From the NCBI RefSeq assembly GCF_030684315.1, contig NC_081396.1:2108001-2172000 (forward strand): a DNA stretch of 64,000 nucleotides, read 5' to 3'. The number at the start of each line of letters is the position of its first letter. Position 1 is the stretch's first letter. The stretch is from Stegostoma tigrinum. Its lineage: Eukaryota. Below the pieces are notes generated by a model. It did not search any database, was not told the DNA's origin, and saw only the letters and a program-made list of their open reading frames with translations. The translations under genes were made by a program, and so were the position numbers. Positions 12,713 to 25,086 of the stretch are shown here, in pieces.

Positions 12713-13088
12713 ATGAGGCTGGTGTTGGCTGTTGTTTCTTTCTTACTGCATTTTATGCTCGATTGGAGACAGCAGAACCCATTGGAACAACCATTTGTTG
12801 AAATAACTGTTGAGGAGGCAAACAAAAGTCACACTAAGTTGTATTTTGTATTCAAACACGAAAGCATACTGGTACATTCAACGTCCCAGGCAGTTACCAT
12901 TGAGGCCATTTGAGTGCAGTGTGTCCACAGAAAACTGCCTTACAGATCTACTTTCTTCTTTGCTTTATAAAATTGACAAGATCACCGAACTAACAATCAG
13001 CACAATTTCCTCTTCCAAAAGTGTTATGTATCACTGTGCCCTGCAACCTACACCGATGCAGACATATCACGCATTCCACAAAAGAGCC
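12713..13088 (+). pseudogene. TRAV: TCR alpha/delta V pseudogene 2A (FR1 frameshift, decayed RSS)
   Basis: QNPLEQPFVEITVEE / KVTLSC...AYWYIQRPRQ...ELTISTISSSKSVMYHCALQP. Cys, Trp and YxC are present; the RSS is decayed (tacaccg...acaaaagagcc). Confidence 0.85.
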
Positions 13089-14569
13089 TACCGTGAGACT
13101 GCCCAGTAGAGTTCATCGGAGGGCACCATCACATCAACAAACAGAATTCACTCTGAACAATGAGACAACCATAAAACTTGTCAAAAGGTTATGATGCACA
13201 TAACGCTAGAGAAGAGCAGTCGAGCCTCGCCTGCATAATTAGTCACAGTTAATTCTGTTCATACAACCGATTTGCTTTGTAAATCGTCCTGAAATATTTA
13301 CTGCTATTCCATTCCAATCCTTCTCCAATTGAATCCATCAATCTTCTCTCCGTGCTGCACACAACATTGTAAAATCCTCCAGGTGAGTGGAGAGTACTCC
13401 CATACTTTCATGAGCTCTATGCTGCAGACGGTGACAGGCGTCAAGGAGACAAGATGTGAGATACTCGCTAATTCCTATCTTCTCAACTGCTGGTATAATC
13501 ACACTTATGTGGCTGCTCCAGTGTCTGCGGAAAGGGAACCCCCAGGATGTAGAAAGGGCTCTTTCAGAGAGGCAGTGGTATAGCAGCTCACCAAGAATAG
13601 TTGGGCTGTCTTTTGTTGAAGACGGTAATGTAAACGTTGCTTTAAACTATTCGAGGCGGGTTTGAACAGTATTCAGGCCTTGCTGCATTTGCACACAATA
13701 TCTGCTCAATATTGTACAAACATTAGCAAACAGGCAGACCTCTTAGAACCCAGGTCATAACAATGTAGTCAGTTCCCAAGAAAGGCTGCAAGCTCTCGAA
13801 AGCCCACAGGGCCTGAGAGCAGGGCATCTCTGCTGGCATGAGCCCTGTCAAGGAGCACCACTGAGGTCTGTACTTTCAGTCCCTGGCCAAAGTAGGAGAG
13901 AGTCTCATTGATGAAGTAAGTGAAAATAATGGGTTCATAACACTCGTTTGAGTAACCCCTGCAAACGCATCCTTGGAAAGAGATGACAGAACACCAACAA
14001 ACACTAACTATTTCATCTGTTCGAGATATGATTTGAAAAAGCTGAAATGTTAACCAATTTTATTTGACACATTGTACATGGTCAGGTCTCACGAACAAAG
14101 ATATATCCTGTAGTCCGAGATGTCAGTTGCGACACAGTTAAAATGACAGTTCTGCAAATTATGGTCACAGAAAATGTGCTGCAGTACTATGTCATGCGAT
14201 GCTGTCTTTTAAACATTGACTTTACGTTTCTTCACAAATATTGCGGAATGATTTTGGCTGGATTATTGGTCGATCAGAAAATTCTCATTCATAATTCCAG
14301 CCTGAATTCGGCAAATCACAAGTAGTACATATTTTGCTGCTTGAGGTTGTGTTCCTCAGCAATGTTACTTTTACAAACACGAATCATCAACTGATTATCG
14401 AACACAAAGAAAACAGGATAGGCGCTGAGAAAATATCCGATTGAAATTATGTGACAGGTGCCGTCAGGTGCACCAGAGGAATGATATGAAACAAATCTCC
14501 GTCCACAATCCCTCTTTCCCAATGTCATGGTGCGCCAATTAAGAACAGAATACATTCTCCTGTACTGTT

Positions 14570-14868
14570 CCATAGAATCCCTACAGTATGGAAACAGGAC
14601 CTTGAGTCCAACAAGTCCACGCCAACATTCAAAACGTCCCACCCAGTTCAATCCCCCTAAAACCCACCTGTCCTACACATTCCTGAAAACTTTGGAAAAT
14701 TTAGCATCGCCAATCCACCCAGGCAGCTCATCATTGGACTGTGGCAGGATAACAGAGCACCAACGCAGACAAGGAGAGAAAGTGCAAACTTCACTCAGAC
14801 AGTTGCCCAAGGGTGGAATCGAACCCGGGTTCCTGGAGCTGGCAGTAGTGTTAAACAACGAGCCACTG
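14570..14868 (-). mobile_element. tRNA-derived shark SINE (HE1/V-SINE type)
   Basis: B box GGTTCGATTCC on -, V-domain-like core (gtgcaaact..cagacag on +) and a CR1-like tail ending ggattctatg. Confidence 0.75.
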
Positions 14869-15590
14869 GAATTGCCCCCTGTTCAAAAGAAAATGTCATG
14901 TCATGGAATATACGGCAGGAAGCAGCTACATGATAAATTTCCTCTCGACTGAGGCTGAGTCTGGACAAAACATGCAGGGAATGAATATGAATGTAAGTGT
15001 GGTCCAAGTGGGCTTTCTCTCCCTCTCACTAATCCCTGCAGTGTTGGAAATTTGCCATTTGGTAGTTAATTAAAACAAGATCAAATTGAGACATCTCCAC
15101 GCCGGTAGCAAAAGGACAACAGCATTGTGCAATGACTTACATGAAACATGAAACAACCTGAGCGGCTTTGACACCGCAGATTTTACGAGGATGTTTCCAC
15201 TTCTTGGAGAATCTAAAACTTTCGGACAAGTTTCAAGACATCACCAATCTCAGTGACCCCAGGTAACTGATTTGAGCGAGGTCGTACTGTGTCCTGAATC
15301 CAACAGTGATTGGTTGACTGTTAAGATAAGAAGTGAGAAATCAACGAATCACATCATGGTGGGACGTCCCTCTGTTTCCAAAGAAGTGAAGGTTATCCGT
15401 GGTATGAGCTCAATGTCTTATATAAGACGAAAACTGTCGGAGTCTTTCGGTGTACTGGTGTTGTCATAACTCACAGCCAGAAGGTTCTGCGTTTGAGTCA
15501 CGTACAATCGGTGGAAGATAAGATTTCTAAACAGATTAAACAGAAAATATTAAGACAAAGTTCCATCTTTTTTGTTTTTAGTTTGATCAG

Positions 15591-16041
15591 ATGAAAACTG
15601 ATGTCATGGGTACCCTGAGAACATTACTGATAATCGTTACTATTCTGCATGGTGAGGCTGAACTAAAACCAGCACTGAGTATTATTTTGGTTACATTTAC
15701 TGACATGCTTTCAACAACTTTTTCAAATTTGTTACAGGAACGAGTAGTCAAGATTCAGTTTTTCAGAGCCCACCTCATTTATCGGCAGAGGAAGGACAAA
15801 TGGTAATGTTGAACTGTAGTTACGAATCGTCGGGTGCTCCTATTCTCTTCTGGTACGTCCAGTATCCTGGGGAAGCTCCGAGATATTTACTGAAGAGGTA
15901 CAAGAATGAAGACGCGGACAGCTCACCAGATTTCCGTGACCGGTTTTCTGCCAATTTGGACAAAGTCAATAAAGTGGTTCCTTTGAGAATTAATGAAATC
16001 CGTCTGTCTGACTCAGCCAGCTATCACTGTGCTATGAGTAA
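15591..16041 (+). CDS. TRAV: Apparently functional TCR alpha/delta V segment, copy A: leader exon 15591 (or 15606)-15651, V exon 15738-16041
   Basis: Leader MGTLRTLLIIVTILH-g|gtgag, 86-nt intron, tacag|GTSSQDSVFQSPPHLSAEEGQMVMLNCSYESSGAPILFWYVQYPGEAPRYLL...RFSANLD...LSDSASYHCAMS. Open frame followed by an intact RSS. Confidence 0.95.
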
Positions 16042-16080
16042 CACACTGATACAGAGACCCAGACAGCCCGAACAAAAACC
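16042..16080 (+). other. 23-bp-spacer recombination signal sequence
   Basis: CACACTG + 23 nt + ACAAAAACC (consensus nonamer). Confidence 0.96.
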
Positions 16081-16329
16081 TGAAAGGCTCTCTTCCCTCC
16101 CTTGTCTGTATCAGATCTATAACTTTTACTACGAATTGTTAATATGATCAAAACCACAGTACAAAGAGCACATCACATTTTGGAACTCTTTCGATTGTGC
16201 AGAATGCAGGTCATTCAACATAAACTGCCTGCTTCAAGCAGCTGCGAGTTTTATTCATGGTCAGCGAGCAACTCGTTTAATAGAATGTTGTGGTAGTGTT
16301 ACCATAACAGTTTACCATAACCCATCAGT

Positions 16330-16605
16330 AACTGAAATCAAAGATAAGCTGCATTGAAAGAAAACACCCGATGGACACTTCTATTTTGCACAGAGCGTTC
16401 GTGTGTGGAATGAATTGCCAGCAAATGTGGGTACAGTAACAGTGTTTAAAAGACATTTGTTTAAACACTTGGATGATGAAAAAAAGTGATTAGGGATATA
16501 GGACAAGCACAGTCAGTTGGGAAAAGTTTAGTTTCGGATTACGCTCGATGTAGACAGTTTGAAACGAAGGGTCTGTTTTCGAGCCATGTCAGTCGGTTAC
16601 TCTAA
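16330..16605 (+). mobile_element. CR1 3'-end fragment (also ~55250-55520)
   Basis: ttgcacagagcg..tgtggaatgaattgccag..tttaaaagacatttg..gaagggtctgttt resembles a CR1 tail. Confidence 0.6.
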
Positions 16606-17008
16606 TTGAATACAAAAGCAGTTTCACTATCATTAACTGCTCCAAAGCCGCTTCGTTGTTCAGTCAAGTTAATTTCATTCCAAAATTGATAGATCAATGG
16701 ATGCTAAAGGAAACAATTGTCGTAAAGCTGTCAAGTTTGTGAGAGTTGTACAAACTTCACTGAGTGCAACGGCAAGTTCAGTGAACTAAATGACCTTCTG
16801 CAGTTCCTGTTTTCAACGTTGTATTGACAATAGATCTGACGTAATGGACTGGAGAACAAAGCAACTGTGAGATGATTGGAGGCACATTTGCGAATCTGTC
16901 AGAAATATCCATCTGGCAGGGAGACAAGATATGACTCAATGTCAGCTCTGAGATGAGCCAATTCAGCTTCATCTCGCTCTCTGCATTTCTGCCATCAGTT
17001 CTGCAAAC

Positions 17009-17540
17009 TTGTCAACCCTTATTTTTTCCTCATCCCTCACTGCTGTAGCCCTTTTAACTGGTAAGATCTTAAGTTGAAAAATGCAAACCTTTCATCGACA
17101 CTCGTCTTATCAGCATTTCTCTCTATTTTCAACAAATTCCCTGGCCTTGATGATATTAATTAGAATAAAACACAATTGCGGGCCTTTATATAAAAATTAC
17201 TTCTTTTTTATGTAGATGTTAAATGTGCAGACTCTGTATCACAGAAGCAGATTAAAATGATACAGTTTGAAGGAGACTTAGTGACGATTAATCTCAGCGG
17301 TTCTGCCTGAGCTGAAAACTGTTGCTTACAATTGTATCGTCAGGATATTGGTAAATCTCCTACATTCCTTTACTACATCCATACTTTTGGCGATGTTTCC
17401 AGGTCAAAATGGCGTTGGACTTAGGTTTTCTGCATTTCTGGACATTTCGGAAACTGAGGAGAATTTCACCATTGGTGAGCTGTGGCTGTCTGACTGCAGT
17501 CCATGACTGTGGGCGGAAAAACACTGCAGAGACAAAAACC
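17009..17540 (+). pseudogene. TRAV: TCR alpha/delta V pseudogene 4A: leader 17009-17060 (start is TTG), V exon 17216-17519
   Basis: (L)STLIFSSSLTAVALLT-g|gtaag...tgtag|DVKCADSVSQKQIKMIQFEGDLVTINLS..*..LQLYRQDIGKSPTFLYYI / GVGLRFSAFLD...FTIGELWLSD / AVHDCG, then AACACTG and ACAAAAACC. Only fragments appear in the ORF track. Confidence 0.88.
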
Positions 17541-18739
17541 AAAATGAACTTTGTATTAAAACATTATTGCAACGGTCGGAAAGTGAGAAAACTCTGGACA
17601 AACTTCAGTTTTATAAATATTACCAAAATGAACTGAATTCATATCAATCTAGATCGTTGGTAAGCCAAGAGCCACAGATGCAACATTGAGTAAAGTGGCT
17701 TCTGATCTCTTAAGATTGCATACATTCCAAATACAAATTGAAAGTTGTGATTAGAGAATGTGCTCCATTTTGTAAATTAGATGTATCAGAAAAGCAATTC
17801 TCCCCGAATTATCTGACATGGTGAATCAGCAGTTCACAACGGGACACTAAACAAAGTTCACTTGGTCGTACGAATGATGTAGGATGAAAAATGATCTCAA
17901 AACTACCATTTGAATTCACGAACCAGCTAAAGCCACAGTGCAGGTCTGGCTTTCTCAGCTTTTCCCGTAACCTGAGGTTTGGTGACCACCAGGAGAACCA
18001 ACACCAGTAGTCTCTCGAAGTAAAGAAGACCTCTGTGGTTCTCCAGGACTGTACACTTTTATTTACATATTTGGTAAATGGAGAAGGAAATGAAAAGTAT
18101 CATGGAATGCTCTCGACAAGGAGAACAAAGAGTTTGCTTTTATATGGACTTGTATTTAATGGTTTCAGATAACTCAAAGGGGTTCTAATATTTTGTCGCA
18201 AACATGAGCATCAAGTTTTCACTTTCGATTTTCGATACAGTTGGCTACTTGATAATCTGTATCGGAACCCTGAACACACCACAGATATCCCAATTCAATG
18301 TTCTTTTTTTCTCTACCTCCGTGGTCACCAGTCCCTTATGCTACTTTGGAGTAGACCCTATCCACACTTTCGATCATGAACCCATACTTCTTGATGTCTG
18401 CAGGTGCCTTTAACATTGAACGGTATTCAATCAGATTATTTTAATGATGCAGATATTACCCAAATGGCAAGCTGCTCAATGCTGATATTTCAAACTAAAA
18501 CATACTTCCAACTTTGTTGTGAATTTCACTTTCGAAATAACGATAAATTGTATGGCTGCTTCCAGAACAGTTGTGAAAATTCTCAGAAATTCCCAAGAAA
18601 AACGCTGTCATTTCATTCCCTGGAAAGTTGATACAATTATCAAAACCAGTGTTCGGTGTGAATGATTTCGCATCTTGTTGATTTGGATTGTGCTTGGTCT
18701 TCGCATGCACAGCTACGTGTCTCACCTGCTGTTCCAAAG

Positions 18740-19132
18740 ACGTCCGAATAGGCAGCAGCTGTGACCCAGAAACTTTCAGTCGTTCTTGCAGAAGGGTTTA
18801 TTTTTAGTTTTCTCTCTCTCGTTTTCGAGGCTAATTTGGACAATAATAGATCGCGGTATCAGACAGCTGCAACTCCGAGATGGTTAATTGGTGCAACTTG
18901 TCTGCTAGCTCAACTGTGTCAGAAAACCTGGTCTGAGGGAAATATGCTTTAAATGAGTCTCCGTCGCTTGTGCTCCTCCAGAGTATGAACTCTGGCAGTC
19001 TTCCTGGGTTTGATATAATGAGTAAAAGCTTTGGCAGTTTAGGTGCAGTTTAAAGCCAAGTATTTTACCTCTGCCTGTGTGAGCAAGGAATCCCACAGTG
19101 TAAAGAGTTTCCATTGCTCAGATGTGAAAAGT
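18740..19132 (+). pseudogene. Possible highly decayed V relic (also 57658-58050)
   Basis: AAVTQKLSVVLAEG...RYQTAATPRWLI...AMYF (copy B)...CVS; perfect CACAGTG at 19094, 23 nt, then a weak gtgaaaagt. Confidence 0.35.
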
Positions 19133-20924
19133 GTGATTTAAAAAAATGCTAGATTAAATATTGAAGTGATGATGAGAGTTCACAGTCACCCATCCAGAAA
19201 ACAAACAAAAGAAGTTTGCAATTGGAGCCCCAAGAAAATCGCTTTTGGCCACCTGGCCCATTTGTGTGTGTGTAAGCCTTCCCCACGTCCAGTCATACTA
19301 AAAGCAAATCCTTCCATCTACTTTGTTCGCGTGGGCATGTCGAGATTACATTTAAATGTCTCATTGCAGTTCTCCTCAACTCCTCGTTATGCCGCTCAAG
19401 CAATATTTGATGAAAACTCTGGCTGAAGATGTTTCTTCTGAATTCCTTATTTGATCTATTCGGGAACAAAAATCTGAAACCTCCTTCAGGGAAGCATCCT
19501 CTCAAAGTCTACCCTGTCATCATTTTTTTCGTCATTTAAACACGTATTCCAGATAACTCACTTGTCTTCTCATTAACAGAAAAATAAAGAATGGGGTATA
19601 AGCACGGATTCCGAGTTGATGTTATTTTCAATGCTGATTGATCGCTGGAAATAGCTTTATAGGTGTCACAATAGTCCTTCTGTAAGAACCTGCTCACAAT
19701 ATCTCAAGTCCATCCAAAAAACAGGCCATTCTCCCTTTAATACGAATACTTTGATTTTGTTTCAAATTTGTTCACAGAGAAAGTAAATCCGAATGAAAGC
19801 ACTAAACTTCTTACCGACAATGAAGTTCACGTATATCAGAGTGGGAATGAAGAGTTGCATCACTCTGGGATTCGAGAGGCCTTCATGTACCTTGGTAACT
19901 GATAGACCATAGAGCAACAAAAACTGCAAGAATTGGCTGAGATTCTTCTGATGTCACGTACTGAAGAAAATGCAATGTAATGAGCTCAGATCATTGCACC
20001 AGATTTGTCTGATACCAATTCGGTAACCACAAAGCCTGTGTTTATTTTGGAGAACTGTGATATTGCGAATACATTTCACTGACCAGAGAGAAAGCCGAGT
20101 AAATGTAGATAGATTGTTTCTATCTGAGTTGAAAAACAGTGAGATCTCTAACTGAGATATAGCTAGCTCACAAACTGACTGGAGCGACATTTCACTCTCG
20201 AATTGACATTAAAGATGTTGGATCTCCAGTTAATGAGAGAGACAGATTGCTCCCTCTACTTTAGAGATATATTGTTCTTTTATAGAACTGACAGACATTT
20301 TGATGTCTTACTATCCAAACTGCTTTTACGTGTAGGAATTTCGGTCGTCCAAGAAACAAGATAAAATGAATTGATTTGGAAAAATAATACAGCTTTTTTA
20401 AAATGATTTGGATCTTATTATACTGTATAAATCTCAATATCGGGGACAATGGAAGTACAATCAGTGTTAACTTTCAGGAAAAAAAAGATATTCATATAAT
20501 GGAAATTATCTGCCAAATTGCGGAATGTGAGAAAAAGCTATGTGAATGTAACTGATTACCCCACTCTTTCAGAGAGCAGGCATAATAAAACGTTAGAATG
20601 GCCTCAATCTTTATTAAATTTGACTCTGATTCTTGGTTATTTATCCCTTCTCTAACTATTTGCTACTCAGTGACTCTGACACGAAGGGAACACGTCGGCC
20701 ACAGCTGTCTCAAAATCCATTCGCCTCGGATATAGCTGAAGTGCATTACAAACTTTCTGTTCTCATACAGAGCAGCAATTTCATTCAGGGCCATGTCTGT
20801 TGCAGTCTTGCATTCAGTTCCGTTTATTGCTTTCACTCTGGCCCACTATCTCTGCTTTGTATTACTTGGGAGATTGTTGCAACGATCACTATTTGTTGTT
20901 CAGTGGAGCCATGATGTGCTAGTG

Positions 20925-21830
20925 TTGGGCTGAGGTGGACAAGTTTAAAATATATAACACCAGGTGACAGTCCAAATGGCTTATTTGAAATCACAAGCGT
21001 TCTTAGCGCTGCTTCTTCATCAGTTGCAGTGAAGAGAAGTACACAGGCACAGAGTAATCAAAATATCACACGAAAGGAGTGAGTGGAGTGTTGGCAGACT
21101 GGATAAGTCTCTGCAGGTGATAAAAAAAAGTCAGTCGGTGTGAATAAAGTAGCAACAGCTGAAAAAAATGTGAACGGTTAAAGAATAATCCGATTAATTG
21201 GGACAGAAAGATTGCTTCAAACAATATTAGAATTATGTGGTGCTGAAGACCAATGAAATGAGTGGAATAACATGATAGGTACGAAGGTCGCATGTCGAGA
21301 GTCTAACCAAAGTAACAAGTGATCTAAAATTGTGAAAATTAATTAAGATAGTGATCATAACAAGTCGTCGAGATGATGGCGTCAGAACAGAGCAGTAAGG
21401 AAGATTTTGCAGATGTGGAACAGTGTGGTATGATTGCATGAAGAGTGGCATGAACTCAAAAACACGGTTGAGGCTGTATTTACGTGTACAAAACTTTGCT
21501 GTGAGTTTCTGCTCAGCAATACAGCATTGTCAGGTATCTCAAAAGCGACCTTGGATGAGGCTTATTAGAAGATCAGATGCTAATAGTCATTGACCATTGA
21601 CGCATCCCCTGACTGGTGGATGGAGTTGGGAGGTCGGTTGGGGGGGTGGCATTCCAGTCTGTTGATTGATCTGCAGTGCCCATTCATCCGTTGGCAGAAA
21701 GTCTGCATGCTGTTGCCAATATACAATTCTTCAGGGCGTCTTTGCATGCAGCGTCTGTTTTATTTGACAACATTGACCAAATCACATGAGTGTCTGTCGT
21801 GCATGTGATGGCTGCTGTTGCCATGTGTGA
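20925..21830 (-). mobile_element. Old relic of a second Penelope family (also ~59845-60750)
   Basis: Minus strand reads HSCDLVNVV...C.Q..PE.LYIGNSMQTFCQRMNGH (GIY-YIG); decayed CTGATGA..GAA hammerhead near 20995-21025. Confidence 0.75.
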
Positions 21831-22294
21831 CAGCCGAATCCATTTCGACTATCTCTGAAATAATTTTGAAAAATGGAGACACAACATTGTTTGTCGACAT
21901 TTCTTCTGTAACACTGAACTATCTTTCCTAAAAGCCTATCGTCCAGATCAGTGAGTTTCTTTACACCGACAGACAGTTCACTCCCTCCCAGCCTCCAAGC
22001 ACGACTGGTGACACAAGGCCGTGAAGTAAGACCAGCTTCGACTCTTGCACTCCACAATTCCTGACGTTGTTGCTCAGGGTTTTGAGGAAAGAGCTTTGCC
22101 CTTAGTTAATTTGATTTGATTTGGTTTCACTGGAGGGAGCGATCACCAGCAGTGTCATTTGAAGGTCAGTGGCTGGACATTGAAGTGCAGGTGAGGGACA
22201 AAGAAAAATCAACAAAAAGAGCTAGAAATCTCTAATTCACTGTTTTTAAGGATGGTAGAACCTGAAAACCACTTTTGTTTGCGAATTAAGTATA

Positions 22295-23170
22295 TGTGTC
22301 TCACGAACGGAGGAGAGCCAAGTGAAGATGATGATCGATGAGTTTGGGGCAGTGAGTATTTTCTACATGGACTTCAGTAAGGCCTTTGACAAAATCCATG
22401 GAGACAAAATCCACTGCTGCATCCTTCTCGATCTTCTTCTTCACTTCTCTCCACCAAGTTGGTGAGACACGACCTCGCCTTCACAAAACCATACTGCCTC
22501 TCGCTAATATGCCCACTGATCTGCAGTTGGGAGTAATTCCTGCCTTGAAGAATACTCTCCAATAATTTGCCGGCCATTGAAGTAAGGCTCACACGCTCGT
22601 AATTAGATGGATTAACTCTCGCACCCTTCTAAAACGACGAAACAACTTTGGTTATTCGCCAGTCCTCTGTGATCTCCCCTGTAGCCAGTGAGAAGACAAC
22701 TATTTCCCTCAAAGTCCCAGAAATTTCCTCCCTTGCTTCTCTCGGTATTCTGTTGTGTATCCTGCCAGGCCCTGGGGACTTGTCTCCCTTCAAGTTTTAC
22801 AATATCCCCAGATACCTCCTCACTTTTGCTCTCAACATGACCTCAACTTCAGACCCTTCCCCAGACTCATCATCCGCCATGTCCTTCTCTGTGATGAATA
22901 CTGACGTAATGTACTAATTTAATATCTCGCTGACTCTCTTTGGATCCACACTTAAATTCCCTTTCCAGGCCTGGACTGAGCCAATCCTCTGCCTGGGTAC
23001 CTTATTGCACTTTACGCACGGATGAAAATCCTTGGTATGTTCTTTATTGCTTTTGGCAAAAGTCTTGTTATCCTTTTAGCTCTCCTGACTCCTTGCTTAA
23101 GCTTATTTTGACTTGCCTTGTCTTCCAAACTTGCTTCATGTGTTCCCAGCCTCCAAGCCTTCATAAATCC
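22295..23170 (-). mobile_element. CR1 RT fragment with an inverted short piece at its left end (also ~61215-62090)
   Basis: SLTSMAGKLLESIL...QYGFVKARSCLTNLVE on -; ..YMDFSKAFDK on +. Confidence 0.8.
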
Positions 23171-24640
23171 TTCAGAACTGACGCAAGTGAAATTTTTTGG
23201 GTGTTATTCTGTACTGAGTGGTCGAGCAGAGCACAAAAGAAGGTCGTGAAAGTTAGAAGGTGAAGGAGATCAAAGGAGGCTGAGAACATTTGGATCAGAG
23301 ATATAGAAAGTTGGTAACAGCAGAAAAGAACATACAAACATGGAGTGCTACCTATGTGTGTGTGTAAGGATGGTTCCAGGCATAGAGCGGGGGAACCACA
23401 ACAGAAAGAAAGAGAATTCCAGCAGTGCACAACTTGATGGTCGACAGAAGTTCAGGTGTGAAATGGAAATTGACCGTAGTTCGGGATAAAATATTCCTGA
23501 CAATGTAAGGGCCTGTGGAAACATAAGCTGGCAGGCTAGTAGTATGTGGGAACGAAATTAGCAGCGATGCAAACCTCATTTCGGTAAAATCACGAGAATA
23601 AATATTGAAGTACGAAAGAGAGATGAAACACAAACATCATTAAAAACATAGTAAATTAGATAAAGACAATTAAACAGACGCCCCCATTGTGAGCTTGCCA
23701 TGTTTCAGCACGGTGGTGACGAAGTGAATCTCTTCCCACAGTCCGTGGTGACAAAGTGATTCTCTTCCCACAATCCGTGCAGGTGAAGAGTGCCTTCCTG
23801 GGTTGATAGTACCAATGTTATTTCTGCAACAATTTGATTGAATTGAATTGAGTTCATTCCTACATACTTCAACATTTCTCCACGTTAAGACTGTGTTTCT
23901 GTTTCGACAGATCAATCATTTGACTGAAGACTTGTTGAAACAAGAAACGAATGGGCAGTTTCTCACAAATTTGAACGGGGCTTTGTCCTCCCGTGTTCCA
24001 AAACAGATGACTTCCAAATAATGATATAATAGGCGACTTCACCTGATCCTGTTGGAACGTTTCGTCAATTTTCAATCGATCCGTCAATTTCCGATCTTCC
24101 CCTTCTTATTAACTGTGAAAATCATTTTAAACAGAAGATCAAAACTTCTGATGTTTTAATATATTTTGCTAGAAGCAACCAGGAAGTTCTGAAGAAAAAT
24201 AAATTGGCTTTCAACGTTTACACTGCTTTGTCTGATCAGAGGTTGCCAGAACTATTGCGTTTCATATCTCTATTTTTTTTCTGTTTGTTTTATTTTATGA
24301 AAATGGGATATTAATACCGATGATGTAGACAGAGGTGAGTAGTGCGCAGAAGAGTAAAGCTGGCGCAAAAGAGAGCAATTAAATAAAATGAGGCGGGTAA
24401 ACTGTTGTTGATAGCGATTCAGGGAAGGAAATAAGCTGTTTCGATGAATTGGGGCTACGAATGGCTGAAAATGATCTGGCTCGATGCTCTGGTGTTTGCC
24501 TAAAGCCTTGTCCAGACACACAACGCATGTACAGTTTCGCCCCGCTGAGCATGGTGCTTTTTTCGTCCATTTTCAAAACTGATCACATTCCATGAGCGAT
24601 TCATTGAACAACTCCATCGGTCAGAAATCCTAATTCTCTG

Positions 24641-25086
24641 TGTCAAGTTCGTTTTTGGAGACCCTCACGGATTTGCTGCAATAACAAGACACTGACCTGT
24701 TTAGAAAAACACGGATCATTTTATTACAGAGCAAGTACAAGCTGTGGAGAATCACTGGACTGAACCCGGCACAGAGTGCAGAGTTTCGCAGGTAATTCTC
24801 CTCGAGCAGCGGATAAGTCCCCACTTTTCATACTTTACAAAAGACGTGATACATAAATCGATTTGACAATTTACAATGACATGATGCATAAAACAATTAC
24901 GACAATAGACAAAAACAGGATACCAAGCAATTATTACATCAACAACATAAAAGACCAGGATGCAGTATCGATTGCTCGTGAAGTAGCTGCCAATGCGAGG
25001 AGGCGATTTTGAGTTGTTGTCCGGGACAGGTTGTGATTTCAAGTTGCCAGTGTGTCTGGCTAGTTCAAAGTCAGTGCCCTGGCCCC
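24641..25086 (-). repeat. ERV 3' LTR (portion shared with the 5' LTR)
   Basis: Begins tgtcaagttcg on + (the ..CA end on -); aligns with 30023-30434. Confidence 0.9.

Larger units (their letters stand above)
1..25082 (+). repeat. Tandem segmental duplication, copy A (matches 36988-64000)
   Basis: Base 1 (aaaattttcaagctctcatt) recurs at 36988; the window end (agtgccctgg) matches 25073-25082. The ORF track repeats with offsets of ~36988 (GPCR), ~38816 and ~38918 (V region). Confidence 0.98.

Noticed and set aside
15591-16147. Two separate ORFs (71 and 115 aa)
   Set aside because: They are the leader and V exons read into the intron and past the RSS.
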